Source: Lautropia sp.
Lineage (GTDB): Bacteria; Pseudomonadota; Gammaproteobacteria; Burkholderiales; Burkholderiaceae_E
Length of the DNA: 64,000 nucleotides
Reading direction: 5' to 3'
Assembly (NCBI GenBank): GCA_050248115.1
Contig: JBFWSZ010000009.1
Location: 142,475 to 206,474, forward strand
Shown: positions 8,432-17,552 of the stretch, piece by piece
How positions within the stretch are numbered: position 1 is the first letter of the stretch
Layout: every line of letters starts with the position of its first letter
The notes under the pieces: model-generated
The model's input: only the letters and a program-made list of their open reading frames with translations
The model's database searches: none
What the model was told of the DNA's origin: nothing
Made by a program: the position numbers and the translations under genes

Positions 8432-9982
8432 ATGGGAGGTGCCGGCCTTCGGTTGGTGGACCTGCTGTGGCACGACGTCGCCCATCTGCCCGACCAGGTC
8501 GCGCTGTCGATCGACGGCCGGACCCGTACGTGGCGCGAGCTCGGTCGCCGCGTCGACCAGGTGCGCCAGCTGCTGGGTCGCTCGATCGCGCCGGGCGAGC
8601 GGGTCGGCCTGTGGTTCCACAATTCCTTCGCGTGGGTCGAGACCTTCCTCGCGTTGAACGCGCTCGGTGCGGTCGCGGTGCCGATCAACACGCGGCTCAC
8701 CGGCCGGGAGCTCGAGGTGATCTTTCACGCCGCGCGGCTTCACGCGCTCGTGACCACCCGCCGCTATCGCGGCCGCCAGTACGCGGACGAGGCCGCAGCC
8801 GTGCTCGCCCGGGCCGGTGGGCACCTGCAGGTCTTCGAGGCGCTGGACGACGAACCGCCGACGGCGTGGCCGGTGGCGTCGATCGGCACCGTGTCCGAAC
8901 GCTCGACGTGCCGTACGCCTCCGCAGGTCTTCTGCATCCAGTACACCTCGGGAACGACGTCGATCCCGAAGGGCGTGATGCTGACCGACGCCGCGTACCT
9001 GGCGACCGCGGCCTATGTCGCGCGGTGCCAGCGGCTGACGCCGTCGAGCCGGTTCATCAGCGCGGGTCCCTTCTTCCACTGCAGTGGATCGATGCACGCG
9101 CTGACCGTGTGCATGCTGGCCGGCTGCACGCTTCACTCGATGTCGGTGTGGGATCCCGAGCGCTTCGTCGACGAGGTGGCGGCACATCGCTGCGACGTGT
9201 CGCACATGGTCTATTACCGGGACGTGCTCGCGCTGGGCGCCGGCCGCACGCGCGAGAAGCTCGCGTCGATGCAGGTCACGCACGATCTCGGCACCCCTGC
9301 GTTCCTGCTGCGCATCCGGGACGAGCTCGGCATTCCCGGCGTGTCGAACCTGTACGGGATGACCGAGACCGCGGGTCAGTACACGATGTGGTTCCCGGAC
9401 GATCCGATCGAGCTCAGGGTGACCGGCAACGGTCGGCCCCAGCCCGGGAACGGGATCCGGATCGTCGATCCGCAGGATCGGCGCGTACTCGGGGTGGACC
9501 AGGTCGGCGAGATCCAGATGCGCGGCCCGACGGTCAGCCCGGGTTATTTCGAGAATCCCGATGCCCAGGCGGCGGCCTTCACGTCGGACGGCTGGTTCAG
9601 GTCCGGCGACCTGGGTCGCATCGGCGCGCAGGGCCAGCTGGTGTACGTCGCACGCCTGAAGGAGATGATCCGGGTCGGCGGCGAGAACGTCGCGCCGGCA
9701 GAGGTCGAGCAGGTGCTGCGGGACCTGTGCGGCACTTCCGCCGTGTGCGTGCTCGGCGTACCCGACGAGCGCCTGGAGGAGGTTGCGGCCGCGGTGCTGG
9801 TCGCCCCGCGCGCCTGCGAATGGCCGGACGTTCTCGGCCAGCTGCGCCAGCGGCTCGCCGGCTTCAAGGTGCCGCGGGCGATCTATGTCGCCGACGCGCT
9901 GCCGATGACGGCGACGAACCGCGTGCAGCGCGCCACGCTGTTGTCATGGATCAGAGAAGACCGGCTGCAGAAGGTCGTGTGA
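8432..9982 (+). CDS. AMP-dependent acyl-CoA synthetase/ligase (ANL superfamily)
   Basis: ATG at 8432 in ORF 8357-9982. Contains the AMP-binding motif IQYTSGTTSIPKGVMLT, then YGMTET and WFRSGDLG...GRLKEMIRVGGENV. Confidence 0.9.
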   Translation: MGGAGLRLVDLLWHDVAHLPDQVALSIDGRTRTWRELGRRVDQVRQLLGRSIAPGERVGLWFHNSFAWVETFLALNALGAVAVPINTRLTGRELEVIFHAARLHALVTTRRYRGRQYADEAAAVLARAGGHLQVFEALDDEPPTAWPVASIGTVSERSTCRTPPQVFCIQYTSGTTSIPKGVMLTDAAYLATAAYVARCQRLTPSSRFISAGPFFHCSGSMHALTVCMLAGCTLHSMSVWDPERFVDEVAAHRCDVSHMVYYRDVLALGAGRTREKLASMQVTHDLGTPAFLLRIRDELGIPGVSNLYGMTETAGQYTMWFPDDPIELRVTGNGRPQPGNGIRIVDPQDRRVLGVDQVGEIQMRGPTVSPGYFENPDAQAAAFTSDGWFRSGDLGRIGAQGQLVYVARLKEMIRVGGENVAPAEVEQVLRDLCGTSAVCVLGVPDERLEEVAAAVLVAPRACEWPDVLGQLRQRLAGFKVPRAIYVADALPMTATNRVQRATLLSWIREDRLQKVV

Positions 9983-10022
9983 GCAGCACGCACCGGTTGG
10001 CCGACCCTGGAGGGAAGGGCAG

Positions 10023-11675
10023 ATGAGTGTCGACGTGATGGAAACGGCCACGGCTTCAGCGCAGGACGCGGTCGTGCGCGAGCTGGTCGATCTTCTCGGG
10101 GCCGACGCGGTCGACACCGATCTCGAACGCCGCAGGCTGTACTCGATGGATTTCTCCGAGGAGCGGGGCGAGACCGCGATGGCGGTGCTTCGGCCGCGGA
10201 CGGTCGAGGACCTGTCGGCGATCATGCGGCTCGCACAGCGTCGGGGCCTCGCCGTGAACACGCGCGGCGGCGGCATGTCGTACACGAAGGGCCACGTCCC
10301 GATCCGGCCCGACACGCTGGTCATCGACAACGCCGGCTTCAACCGCGTGCTCGAGGTCAACACCGTCGATCGCTACGTGACGCTCGAGACGGGCGTTCGC
10401 TGGGTCGATCTGCGCGAGGCGCTGAGGGGAACCGGGATGCGGGTTCCATATCTCGGCACCCTGTCCGGCAACTTCGCGACCGTCGGCGGCGGGCTCTCGC
10501 AGAACGCGACCGGCATGGGCCGGATGACGCTGGCCGAGCACGTGCTCGGGCTCGAGGTGGTGCTGGGCGATGGCGAGGTGCTGAGGACCGGATCGTGGGC
10601 GACGTCGGGCACCGCGCCGTTCTACCGCTACAACGGCCCGGACCTGACCGGGCTGTTCCTGTGCGATTCGGGCGCCTTCGGCATCAAGACGAAGGTGCAC
10701 CTGCTGCTCGAGCCGTGGCCGAAGATGTCGTTCGGCTGCGTGAGCTTCGGCGACCGGGTATCGCTCGTGCAGGCGCAGGCGGCGATGGCGCAGAGCGGGC
10801 TGCACACCGAGGCATTCGCGTTCGACGGGTACTTCGTGAACGAGTACGCGCTGCGGCCGCCGTCGCCGCGCGACGAGACCCGGCGAATGGTGCGCCAGTT
10901 CCTGGCCGACAACCCCGACAAGCCGCGCGCGCTGCATGCGCTTTGGCGCGCGTGGCATCCGTCCGGGCTCGGGTTCCTGAAGGGGCTGCCGAACGCCATG
11001 TACTACATCGCCGAAGCGGCGGACCAGGCCGCGGCCGACCGGGTGCGGCGACGCATCGACGCGATCTGCCGTCGCTTCGGCGCGCGTGCGCTGCCGACGA
11101 CGATCCCGTTCGGCCTGCGCTACGGCCCCTACCTGAACGTGGGCGAGATCATGGCGAACCGGGAGGGCGAAGTGAACTTCCCGGTGAACGCGAAGTTCCC
11201 GGCGTCCAGGGCCGTCGACGCGATGAAGGCGTTCGAGGGGTTCGCGGCGGACAACGCGGCGATCCTGAACCGACACGGCATCCGGCTCGCATGCAACTCG
11301 CTGCTGCACGGGCACTTCTGGGGCATCGAGCCGGTGATCTTCTGGAAGCGCCCGCTGGGGCTCTATCGGAGCCACTACGCGACCGAGGATCGGAAGGCGC
11401 GAACCAGGGATATCGAGGAGAACGAGGCGCGAACCGCGGCTGCGCTCGACCTGCGCTACCGGATGCAGAAGATGTTCCGCGACATGGGCTCGCTGCACGT
11501 GCAGTGGGCGAAGTCCTATCCGTTCGCGCAGGCGCTCGAAGGCCAGACGGCCTGGCGGGTGCTGGAGCAGCTCAAGCGGGTCACCGACCCCTCGCACGTC
11601 GTCAATCCCGGCGTGCTGGGGCTCGGTCTCGATGCCGCCGGCGTGCCGGCGACCCGCCGCGACGCGGCCCTCTGA
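10023..11675 (+). CDS. FAD-linked oxidase (FAD_binding_4 / GlcD-like oxidoreductase)
   Basis: 550 aa. Contains VLRPRTVEDLSAIMRLAQRRGLAVNTRGGGMSYTKG...VTLETGVRWVDLREAL...GGGLSQNATG and a C-terminal ...DPSHVVNPGVLGL. Strong GGAGGGAAGG RBS. Confidence 0.85.
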   Translation: MSVDVMETATASAQDAVVRELVDLLGADAVDTDLERRRLYSMDFSEERGETAMAVLRPRTVEDLSAIMRLAQRRGLAVNTRGGGMSYTKGHVPIRPDTLVIDNAGFNRVLEVNTVDRYVTLETGVRWVDLREALRGTGMRVPYLGTLSGNFATVGGGLSQNATGMGRMTLAEHVLGLEVVLGDGEVLRTGSWATSGTAPFYRYNGPDLTGLFLCDSGAFGIKTKVHLLLEPWPKMSFGCVSFGDRVSLVQAQAAMAQSGLHTEAFAFDGYFVNEYALRPPSPRDETRRMVRQFLADNPDKPRALHALWRAWHPSGLGFLKGLPNAMYYIAEAADQAAADRVRRRIDAICRRFGARALPTTIPFGLRYGPYLNVGEIMANREGEVNFPVNAKFPASRAVDAMKAFEGFAADNAAILNRHGIRLACNSLLHGHFWGIEPVIFWKRPLGLYRSHYATEDRKARTRDIEENEARTAAALDLRYRMQKMFRDMGSLHVQWAKSYPFAQALEGQTAWRVLEQLKRVTDPSHVVNPGVLGLGLDAAGVPATRRDAAL

Positions 11676-11688
11676 GGGCGAGCACCGC

Positions 11689-12627
11689 ATGGCCTGGACG
11701 ATCTACACGCTCGATCTGGGCGAGGTCGAGCTGAACCAGCGTCGCATCGTGCCCAATGGCGAGGGCAGCGACGTCGTCCGCGTACCGGTCCAGGGCTGGC
11801 TCCTGACGCAGGGCGAGCAGAAGGTCCTGATCGACACCGGTTTTCGCGATCCCGACATCCTGCGTCGCATCGGCGACCGGGCGCGAGGCATCGAGACGCC
11901 GCAACAGCGCCTGGTCCACCAGCTCGGCGTGCACGGCGTGCGGCCGCAGGACGTCCACTTCGTGCTGCACACCCACCTGCACATCGATCACGCCGGGCAG
12001 ACTGATCAACTCCCGATGACGACCACGGTCGTCGTGAACCGTCGCGAGCTCGAGTATGCGGTCAGCGGTCTTTCCGGCCCGTCCTATCCGCCGGAGGACA
12101 TCAAGCACCTGATCGATCGGCTGCACACGCCCGGGGCGATGGCGCTGCTCGACCTGGAAGGCACGGTGTCCGAGACCGTGCTGCCGGGCCTGCGTTGCGT
12201 CGCCGCCGGCGGTCATACCGAGGGATCGATGCTCGTGCTGGCGGACACCGAGCAGGGGCTGGCCTGCTTCTGTGGCGACCTCGTCTACAGCGTGCGCCAT
12301 CAGCTGATGATGCCGACCGCGACGGTCAACGATTACGGCCTGACGGCGAACTACGTCGTCGCACGGCGAAGCGAGAAGATCGCGCTCAAGCGACTGATGC
12401 ACATCGCCCCGCGCTTCTTCCTGTTTCCCAGCCACGACAGGCCGGTCACCGTCGAGCAGGGCCGCGTCGTCGCGGGTGCCGACGACTGCCTGCCCGGTCG
12501 TACCGGCGGCTGCTGGTGCCGGATGACCGAGTCGGGCCTTCCGGCGGGCTACGCCTCGCCTGAGCGAAGCGAGGCGAAGGGTGCCGCGGCGGGACGCGGC
12601 TCGGAATCCATCGACGGAGACACGTGA
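11689..12627 (+). CDS. Metallo-beta-lactamase-fold hydrolase (lactonase-like)
   Basis: ATG at 11689 in ORF 11632-12627. Contains the HxHxDH motif HTHLHIDHAG and a later GGHTEGS. Carries an unusual ~50-aa low-complexity, Cys-containing tail. Confidence 0.8.
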   Translation: MAWTIYTLDLGEVELNQRRIVPNGEGSDVVRVPVQGWLLTQGEQKVLIDTGFRDPDILRRIGDRARGIETPQQRLVHQLGVHGVRPQDVHFVLHTHLHIDHAGQTDQLPMTTTVVVNRRELEYAVSGLSGPSYPPEDIKHLIDRLHTPGAMALLDLEGTVSETVLPGLRCVAAGGHTEGSMLVLADTEQGLACFCGDLVYSVRHQLMMPTATVNDYGLTANYVVARRSEKIALKRLMHIAPRFFLFPSHDRPVTVEQGRVVAGADDCLPGRTGGCWCRMTESGLPAGYASPERSEAKGAAAGRGSESIDGDT

Positions 12628-13421
12628 TGAAGATCTGGTACCAGAGCGCGAGCGCGTATCGCCACGAGGCGGTGTGGGATGCCTACGGGCAGACGCTGGA
12701 GCAGCAGTGCGGCGCGGTCATCCGTGCCGATACCGAGCTGCACGTCACCGGCATCCCGGTGATGGTGCGCGACATCGAGAACTGGCGCGCGCTGCAGTAC
12801 TACCAGAACATCGAGACGCTCAACAACATGCGGCGCGCCGAGCGCGAGGGCTTCGATGCCTTCGTGATCGGCTGCACGCTCGATGTCGGTCTGGCCGAGG
12901 GCAGGAGCCTGATGGAGATCCCGGTCGTCGGCATCAGCGAGACCGCATACCACATGGCCATGATGCTCGGCAGGCAGTTCGCCATCGTGACCAGTTCGTC
13001 GGCCTTCGGCGAGGTGTACGGCGAGCAGGTCGTGCGATACGGCGTGGACCGGCGCTACCTGCCGGGTCCGTACCGCATCGACGCCTCGGAGGAGGAGATC
13101 GCCAGTGCGCTGGGGCGGCCGGGGCCGTTGCTGGACAAGTTCCTGTCGACCGCGCAGCGGGCCGTCGACGACGGCGCCTCGGTCATCATCCCCGCGCCGG
13201 CGTTCCTGAGCACGCTCGCCTATCGCGCCGGGATCACCGACGTGAAGGGCGCGACCGTGCTCGACACGATTGCGCTGGCGGTGAAGTCGGCGGAGATGAT
13301 GGTCGATCTCGGCAGGGCGGGTGTGCGTCCGTCTCGCCGGATCGGGGTGTACGCGAAGCCCGAGGGTGGCTGGGAGAATCCGGCATTCGAGCGCTTGAGG
13401 CCGGTCTTCCGGATGGCGTGA
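12627..13421 (+). CDS. Asp/Glu/hydantoin racemase-fold protein (HyuE-like), paralogue 2
   Basis: MKIWYQSASAYRHEAVW... The ATG at 12627 overlaps the MBL stop by 1 nt (TGATG); the track start at 12624 is a GTG. First Cys loop DAFVIGCTLDVGLAEGRSLMEIPVVGISETA. Second loop IIPAPAFLS lacks Cys. Confidence 0.8.
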   Translation: MKIWYQSASAYRHEAVWDAYGQTLEQQCGAVIRADTELHVTGIPVMVRDIENWRALQYYQNIETLNNMRRAEREGFDAFVIGCTLDVGLAEGRSLMEIPVVGISETAYHMAMMLGRQFAIVTSSSAFGEVYGEQVVRYGVDRRYLPGPYRIDASEEEIASALGRPGPLLDKFLSTAQRAVDDGASVIIPAPAFLSTLAYRAGITDVKGATVLDTIALAVKSAEMMVDLGRAGVRPSRRIGVYAKPEGGWENPAFERLRPVFRMA

Positions 13422-13426
13422 GTGCG

Positions 13427-13471
13427 CGTGCCGCCCCGGCGGCACGTGACGATCGGACGCCGTCGGCGTCC
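13427..13471. other. Two consecutive GC-rich hairpins in an intercistronic spacer
   Basis: CGTGCCGCC-cc-GGCGGCACG (13427-13446) and GGACGCC-gtc-GGCGTCC (13455-13471). No U-tract follows. They lie between racemase paralogue 2 and ridA. Confidence 0.3.
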
Positions 13472-13497
13472 GGCGTGAAGATCGATAGGAGGTCGTC

Positions 13498-13911
13498 GTG
13501 ACCGATCCGGTTCAGATCGCGTTGTTGAGCCCGCCGGACCTGTTCCCGGGCATCACCTACGAACATGCGGCCGTCGTCGGCGACTTCGTGTTTCTCGCCG
13601 GGCAGGTCGCGCGCAACGGGCGCGGCGAAACCGTGGCGCCGAACGACACGCTCGGGCAGCTCGCGCCGACCTATGCGAACCTGAAGCGCGTGCTGGAATA
13701 CGCCGGCTGCACCCCGGCCGACGTCGTCAAGGTCACGACCTACCTCGTCGACGCGAGCCAGATGCAGCGGGTGCTCGAGGCGCACGCCGCGTTCTTCGAC
13801 GGTCACAGGCCGCCGCACACGCTGGTCGTCGTCGAACGTCTCACGCGCCCCGACATGCGGATCGAAGTCGACGCGATCGCGCGCCGTGGCAGCGGGGTGC
13901 GTGCCGGTTGA
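13498..13911 (+). CDS. RidA/YjgF/L-PSP family enamine/imine deaminase
   Basis: 137 aa, GTG start 7 nt after AGGAGG. Contains FVFLAGQVA...NLKRVLEYAGCTPADVVKVTTYL...RIEVDAIA, typical of RidA. Confidence 0.85.
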   Translation: MTDPVQIALLSPPDLFPGITYEHAAVVGDFVFLAGQVARNGRGETVAPNDTLGQLAPTYANLKRVLEYAGCTPADVVKVTTYLVDASQMQRVLEAHAAFFDGHRPPHTLVVVERLTRPDMRIEVDAIARRGSGVRAG

Positions 13912-13966
13912 ACGTCGGAACACGGGCGTGGCGCGGCGCGCCGACGCGACTCATCGAGGGCTGTGC

Positions 13967-14779
13967 ATGAAGATCTGGTATCAGAGCATGACGAAGGCCT
14001 CGGCATGGCCTGCCTACAACGCCGCGCTGCGGCAGGTGCTGGAGGAAGCCGGCGACAGCGGCACCCGTTTCCACATCCGCGGCATCGAGAAGCGCGGCGG
14101 CGTCGGCGACCAGTATCGGTACCTCGAGCTGATCGAGACCCAGGAGGTGCTGGAGAACGTCGAACAGGCGACGCGCGAGGGATACGACGCCTTCCTGATC
14201 GGGAACATCTGCGACCCCGGGCTGCGCGAGGCGCGCGAGATCACCGACATGCCCGTGCTCGGACTCGGCGAAACCTCGGCGCAGATCGCCACCCTGCTGG
14301 GCGGCAATTTCTCGATGATCACGGGTTCGCCGAAGCACGTTCCGAAGCTGGTCGAACACATGCGGCGCTACGGGCACCGCGACACGCTGCACAGCGCCAG
14401 GTCGATGCAGATGATCCGGCTGGTCGACCTCGACCAGGGGTTCTCGGATCCCGCCACCGGGCAGGCCCTGATCTCGCGGTTCCTGAGCGAGGCACAGCGC
14501 GCGGACGCGGAGGGCGCCGAAGTGGCGATCCCCGCGGTTGGCGTACTGATGGTGCTGCTCGCGCGCGCAGGCATCAACGTCACGGCGCCGGACGGAATCC
14601 CGATCCTCAACGGCGTCAAGGCGCTGGTCAAGATGGGCGAGAGCGCGGTGCGCCTGCGCGCACTGATGGGCAACGTCTGGACGTCCAGGCGCTGCATGTA
14701 CCAGCAGCCGCCGGCGAGCCAGCTGGGCGAGATCCGGCAGTACTACGGTCGCGTCTACAGCGGCCTGCCCGATCACTGA
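13967..14779 (+). CDS. Asp/Glu/hydantoin racemase-fold protein (HyuE-like), paralogue 3
   Basis: ATG at 13967 in ORF 13886-14779: MKIWYQSMTKASAW... First loop DAFLIGNICDPGLREAREITDMPVLGLGETS. Second loop AIPAVGVLM lacks Cys. Confidence 0.8.
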   Translation: MKIWYQSMTKASAWPAYNAALRQVLEEAGDSGTRFHIRGIEKRGGVGDQYRYLELIETQEVLENVEQATREGYDAFLIGNICDPGLREAREITDMPVLGLGETSAQIATLLGGNFSMITGSPKHVPKLVEHMRRYGHRDTLHSARSMQMIRLVDLDQGFSDPATGQALISRFLSEAQRADAEGAEVAIPAVGVLMVLLARAGINVTAPDGIPILNGVKALVKMGESAVRLRALMGNVWTSRRCMYQQPPASQLGEIRQYYGRVYSGLPDH

Positions 14780-14792
14780 CGAGGAGACTGAC

Positions 14793-15806
14793 ATGAACGA
14801 GGAGTCGCACATGAAGGCAGCAGCACATCCGGTTCGATCGATCTTTCGGGGGCTCGCGTTGCTGGCGGCCGTCGCGGCCTCCTGTGCCGCCTGGCAGGTC
14901 CGCGCCGAGACCTATCCGGAGCGACCGATCAAGATCATCGTGCCGTACGGGCCGGGCGGCAGCGTCGATGCGATCGGCCGCACGCTCGCACGGGAGTTGA
15001 CGCAGCGGCTCGGCCAGCCGGTCATCGTCGAAAACAAGCCGGGCGCGGGCAGCAACGTGGGCTCGACCTTCGTCGCGAAGTCCGCCGCCGACGGATACAC
15101 GCTGCTGTTGACCTCGCCGGGCAATGCGATCGGCGTCACGCTGTACAAGCAGGTGCCGTACGACGTGCGCAAGGAACTGACGCAGGTCGCCGTGGTCGGC
15201 CGCGCGCCGGGGATCCTCCTCGTGAAGCCGTCGTTTCCGGCGAACGACGTCAAGGCCTTCGTCGACATGGCGAAGAAGGCACCCGGGAAGCTGAACTACG
15301 GTTCGGGTGGCTCCGGCAGTTCCGAGCACCTGTCGGGCGAGATGTTCAAGGCGCTGGCCGGCATCGATCTCGTGCACGTGCCGTACAAGGGCGGTGCTGC
15401 GGTCGTCGTCGACATCCTGTCGGGCCAGATCGAGGCCTTCTTCACGAACCAGGCGAACGTGATCGGGCAGATCAAGGCCGGCGCCGTCAAGGTGCTCGGC
15501 GTCGCGGCGACCCAGCGCTCGAGTCTGCTGCCCGACGTGCCGACCTTCGCCGAGCAGGGCTATCCCGAGCAGCTGGTGTCCGTCTGGTGGGGCGTCGCTG
15601 CGCCGGCCGGCACGCCGGCTGCGATCCTCGATCGCCTGAACAGCGAGATTCGCGAGGCGGGTGCCTCGGAGGCGATGCGCAAGCACCTCGCGGGAATGGG
15701 TGCCGAGTCCCTGTCGATGACGCGCGCGCAGGCGAACGACTTCCTCGAGCAGGAGATCGTGCGCTGGGGCAAGGCGGTCAAGTCGTCGAATGCGCAGGTC
15801 AACTGA
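14793..15806 (+). CDS. Bug-family (TctC-like) tripartite tricarboxylate transporter substrate-binding protein
   Basis: 337 aa. Signal peptide, then YPERPIKIIVPYGPGGSVDAIGR...VENKPGAGSN...DGYTLLL...YGSGGSGSSEHL...HVPYKGGA. ATG at 14811 is an alternative start. Confidence 0.9.
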   Translation: MNEESHMKAAAHPVRSIFRGLALLAAVAASCAAWQVRAETYPERPIKIIVPYGPGGSVDAIGRTLARELTQRLGQPVIVENKPGAGSNVGSTFVAKSAADGYTLLLTSPGNAIGVTLYKQVPYDVRKELTQVAVVGRAPGILLVKPSFPANDVKAFVDMAKKAPGKLNYGSGGSGSSEHLSGEMFKALAGIDLVHVPYKGGAAVVVDILSGQIEAFFTNQANVIGQIKAGAVKVLGVAATQRSSLLPDVPTFAEQGYPEQLVSVWWGVAAPAGTPAAILDRLNSEIREAGASEAMRKHLAGMGAESLSMTRAQANDFLEQEIVRWGKAVKSSNAQVN

Positions 15807-15830
15807 CAACCGATCGGGGTGGAGACGGGG

Positions 15831-16805
15831 ATGATGAATCGATCGATATCGCGCAGCATCGTCGCTGCATTCGCTGCCGTGGTGATGTCGGGCGCTGCCT
15901 CGGCGCAGGACTTTCCCGCGCGCCCGATCAAGCTGATCGTGCCGCTCGGCGCGGGTGGCGCATCCGACCTGAATGCGAGGGTGCTCGCCGAAGGGCTCGG
16001 CGCGCGCCTCGGACGGGCGGTGGTCGTGGAGAACCGCCCGGGCGCGGAAGGGATCATCGGTGTCGACGCCGCTGCGAAGTCGGCGCCTGACGGCTACACG
16101 CTCGTCCTGGGTTCGAGCACGACGCTCGCCGCCAACTACAGTCTTCGGGCAAAGCTCCCTTTTCATCCGGTGAACGATTTCGTTCCCGTCTCGATGGCGT
16201 TCAAGAACGCCTTCAACATGCTCGTGATCAATCCCGACGTGCCGGCGAAGGATCTGAATGCGTTCGTCACCCTGGCGCGCACCAAGCCGGCGGCGTTCTT
16301 CTACGGGACGGCCACGAGCGGCTCGAAGCTATGCGCCGAGATGTTCAAGAGCGCCGCGAAGGTTGACCTGCAGATGGTGAACTACAAGAGTTCGCCGCAG
16401 GCGCTGTCCGACCTGCTGGCCGGGCAGATCCACCTCGTGTGCGAGCCGATCGGCACGGCCCTGGCGCACGTGCGGGCCGGCCGACTCCGGTCGCTGGGCG
16501 TGACGAGTCCTTCTCGCGTCAAGGGTGTCGAGGACCAGCCGACGGTCGCCGAGTCCGGGCTTCCCGGGTTCGCGTACTCCGCCTGGGTCGGCGTCTTCGC
16601 GCCTGCCGGCACGCCGCCCGATATCGTCGCCAGGCTCGACCGCGAGATCCAGGCGGTGCTCCAGGATCCGGAAGTCGCCAGGCGCATCAACGTCAACGGC
16701 TTCGATCCGATGATCGGGGGTCCGAAGGCACTCGCCGAGCTGCTGTCGACGGAGATGGCGCGCTCGGTCAAGGTCGTGAAGGACGCCGGCATCCAGCCCC
16801 AGTAG
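15831..16805 (+). CDS. Bug-family TTT substrate-binding protein
   Basis: ORF 15819-16805, where the track start is a GTG. I prefer the ATG at 15831 after GGAGA. Contains FPARPIKLIVPLGAGGASD...VENRPGAEG...DGYTLVL. Confidence 0.88.
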   Translation: MMNRSISRSIVAAFAAVVMSGAASAQDFPARPIKLIVPLGAGGASDLNARVLAEGLGARLGRAVVVENRPGAEGIIGVDAAAKSAPDGYTLVLGSSTTLAANYSLRAKLPFHPVNDFVPVSMAFKNAFNMLVINPDVPAKDLNAFVTLARTKPAAFFYGTATSGSKLCAEMFKSAAKVDLQMVNYKSSPQALSDLLAGQIHLVCEPIGTALAHVRAGRLRSLGVTSPSRVKGVEDQPTVAESGLPGFAYSAWVGVFAPAGTPPDIVARLDREIQAVLQDPEVARRINVNGFDPMIGGPKALAELLSTEMARSVKVVKDAGIQPQ

Positions 16806-16814
16806 GGGCCGAGA

Positions 16815-17486
16815 TCAGGTGCGGGCGGCGTCGAACATGCGCATGAGTCGCCGGACCGTGCATTCGGGCGAGGTGAGCACCGGTATCGTCACCGCGTCGC
16901 GGACCCGCGGCGCCGCGCGGGTCATCGAGACCTGGACGAACGCGATGGCGCTGCAATCCGCGTACCGCGTGGCGGCGTCGACGACGCGCGCATCGTGCTC
17001 GTCCTGACGCAGGTCGAGCGCCGCGTCGAAGGCATGTTCGACCATGTGCGGCCGGACGTCGAGCGCCCGGTCGACGCGCAGCGAGTGCTCCTGCAGTTCG
17101 CGCTGCATGAGCGTCAGCGTGGGTTCGAAGGTCGTGAGCAGCGCGACCGGGCCTTCGAATCGGCCGATTTCATCGTACAGCGCCTCGTTCGGCTTGAGAA
17201 TCGGCACGGCATGCTCGGCTTGCGCCGCATCGACGGCAGGGCTGAAGGCCGAGCCCGTGAATACCACGGCGTCTGCCCCGGCGCCCACGCAGTAGCGCGC
17301 GAGCGCGTGGCACCGCTGCGCCAGCGCGTCCGTCAGGCCGCCCGCGGCGCCGAGGTCTGCATAGAGCGAACTGTCGAGGACCTGGAAGACCGATGCCTGC
17401 GGCCACATCGAACGGAAGCAGTCCTCGATCGGGCCCATCGAGATGGAATGTGCGTGCACCAGATAGATTCGTGGTGATGTCTGCAT
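16815..17486 (-). CDS. Asp/Glu racemase-superfamily protein (function unknown)
   Basis: 223 aa. Shows a two-lobe racemase-fold pattern (...ADAVVFTGSAFSPAV...VPILKPNEA...IAFVQVSMT...IPVLTSPE...). Convergent with the Bug gene, with a 9-nt gap. Confidence 0.65.
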   Translation of the reverse strand: MQTSPRIYLVHAHSISMGPIEDCFRSMWPQASVFQVLDSSLYADLGAAGGLTDALAQRCHALARYCVGAGADAVVFTGSAFSPAVDAAQAEHAVPILKPNEALYDEIGRFEGPVALLTTFEPTLTLMQRELQEHSLRVDRALDVRPHMVEHAFDAALDLRQDEHDARVVDAATRYADCSAIAFVQVSMTRAAPRVRDAVTIPVLTSPECTVRRLMRMFDAART

Positions 17487-17552
17487 GGCGTAGACCCGGC
17501 GGGCGTCGTGTCGATCGTGAGTGTCATCCTACTGCATGGTGGTGACGTCGAA

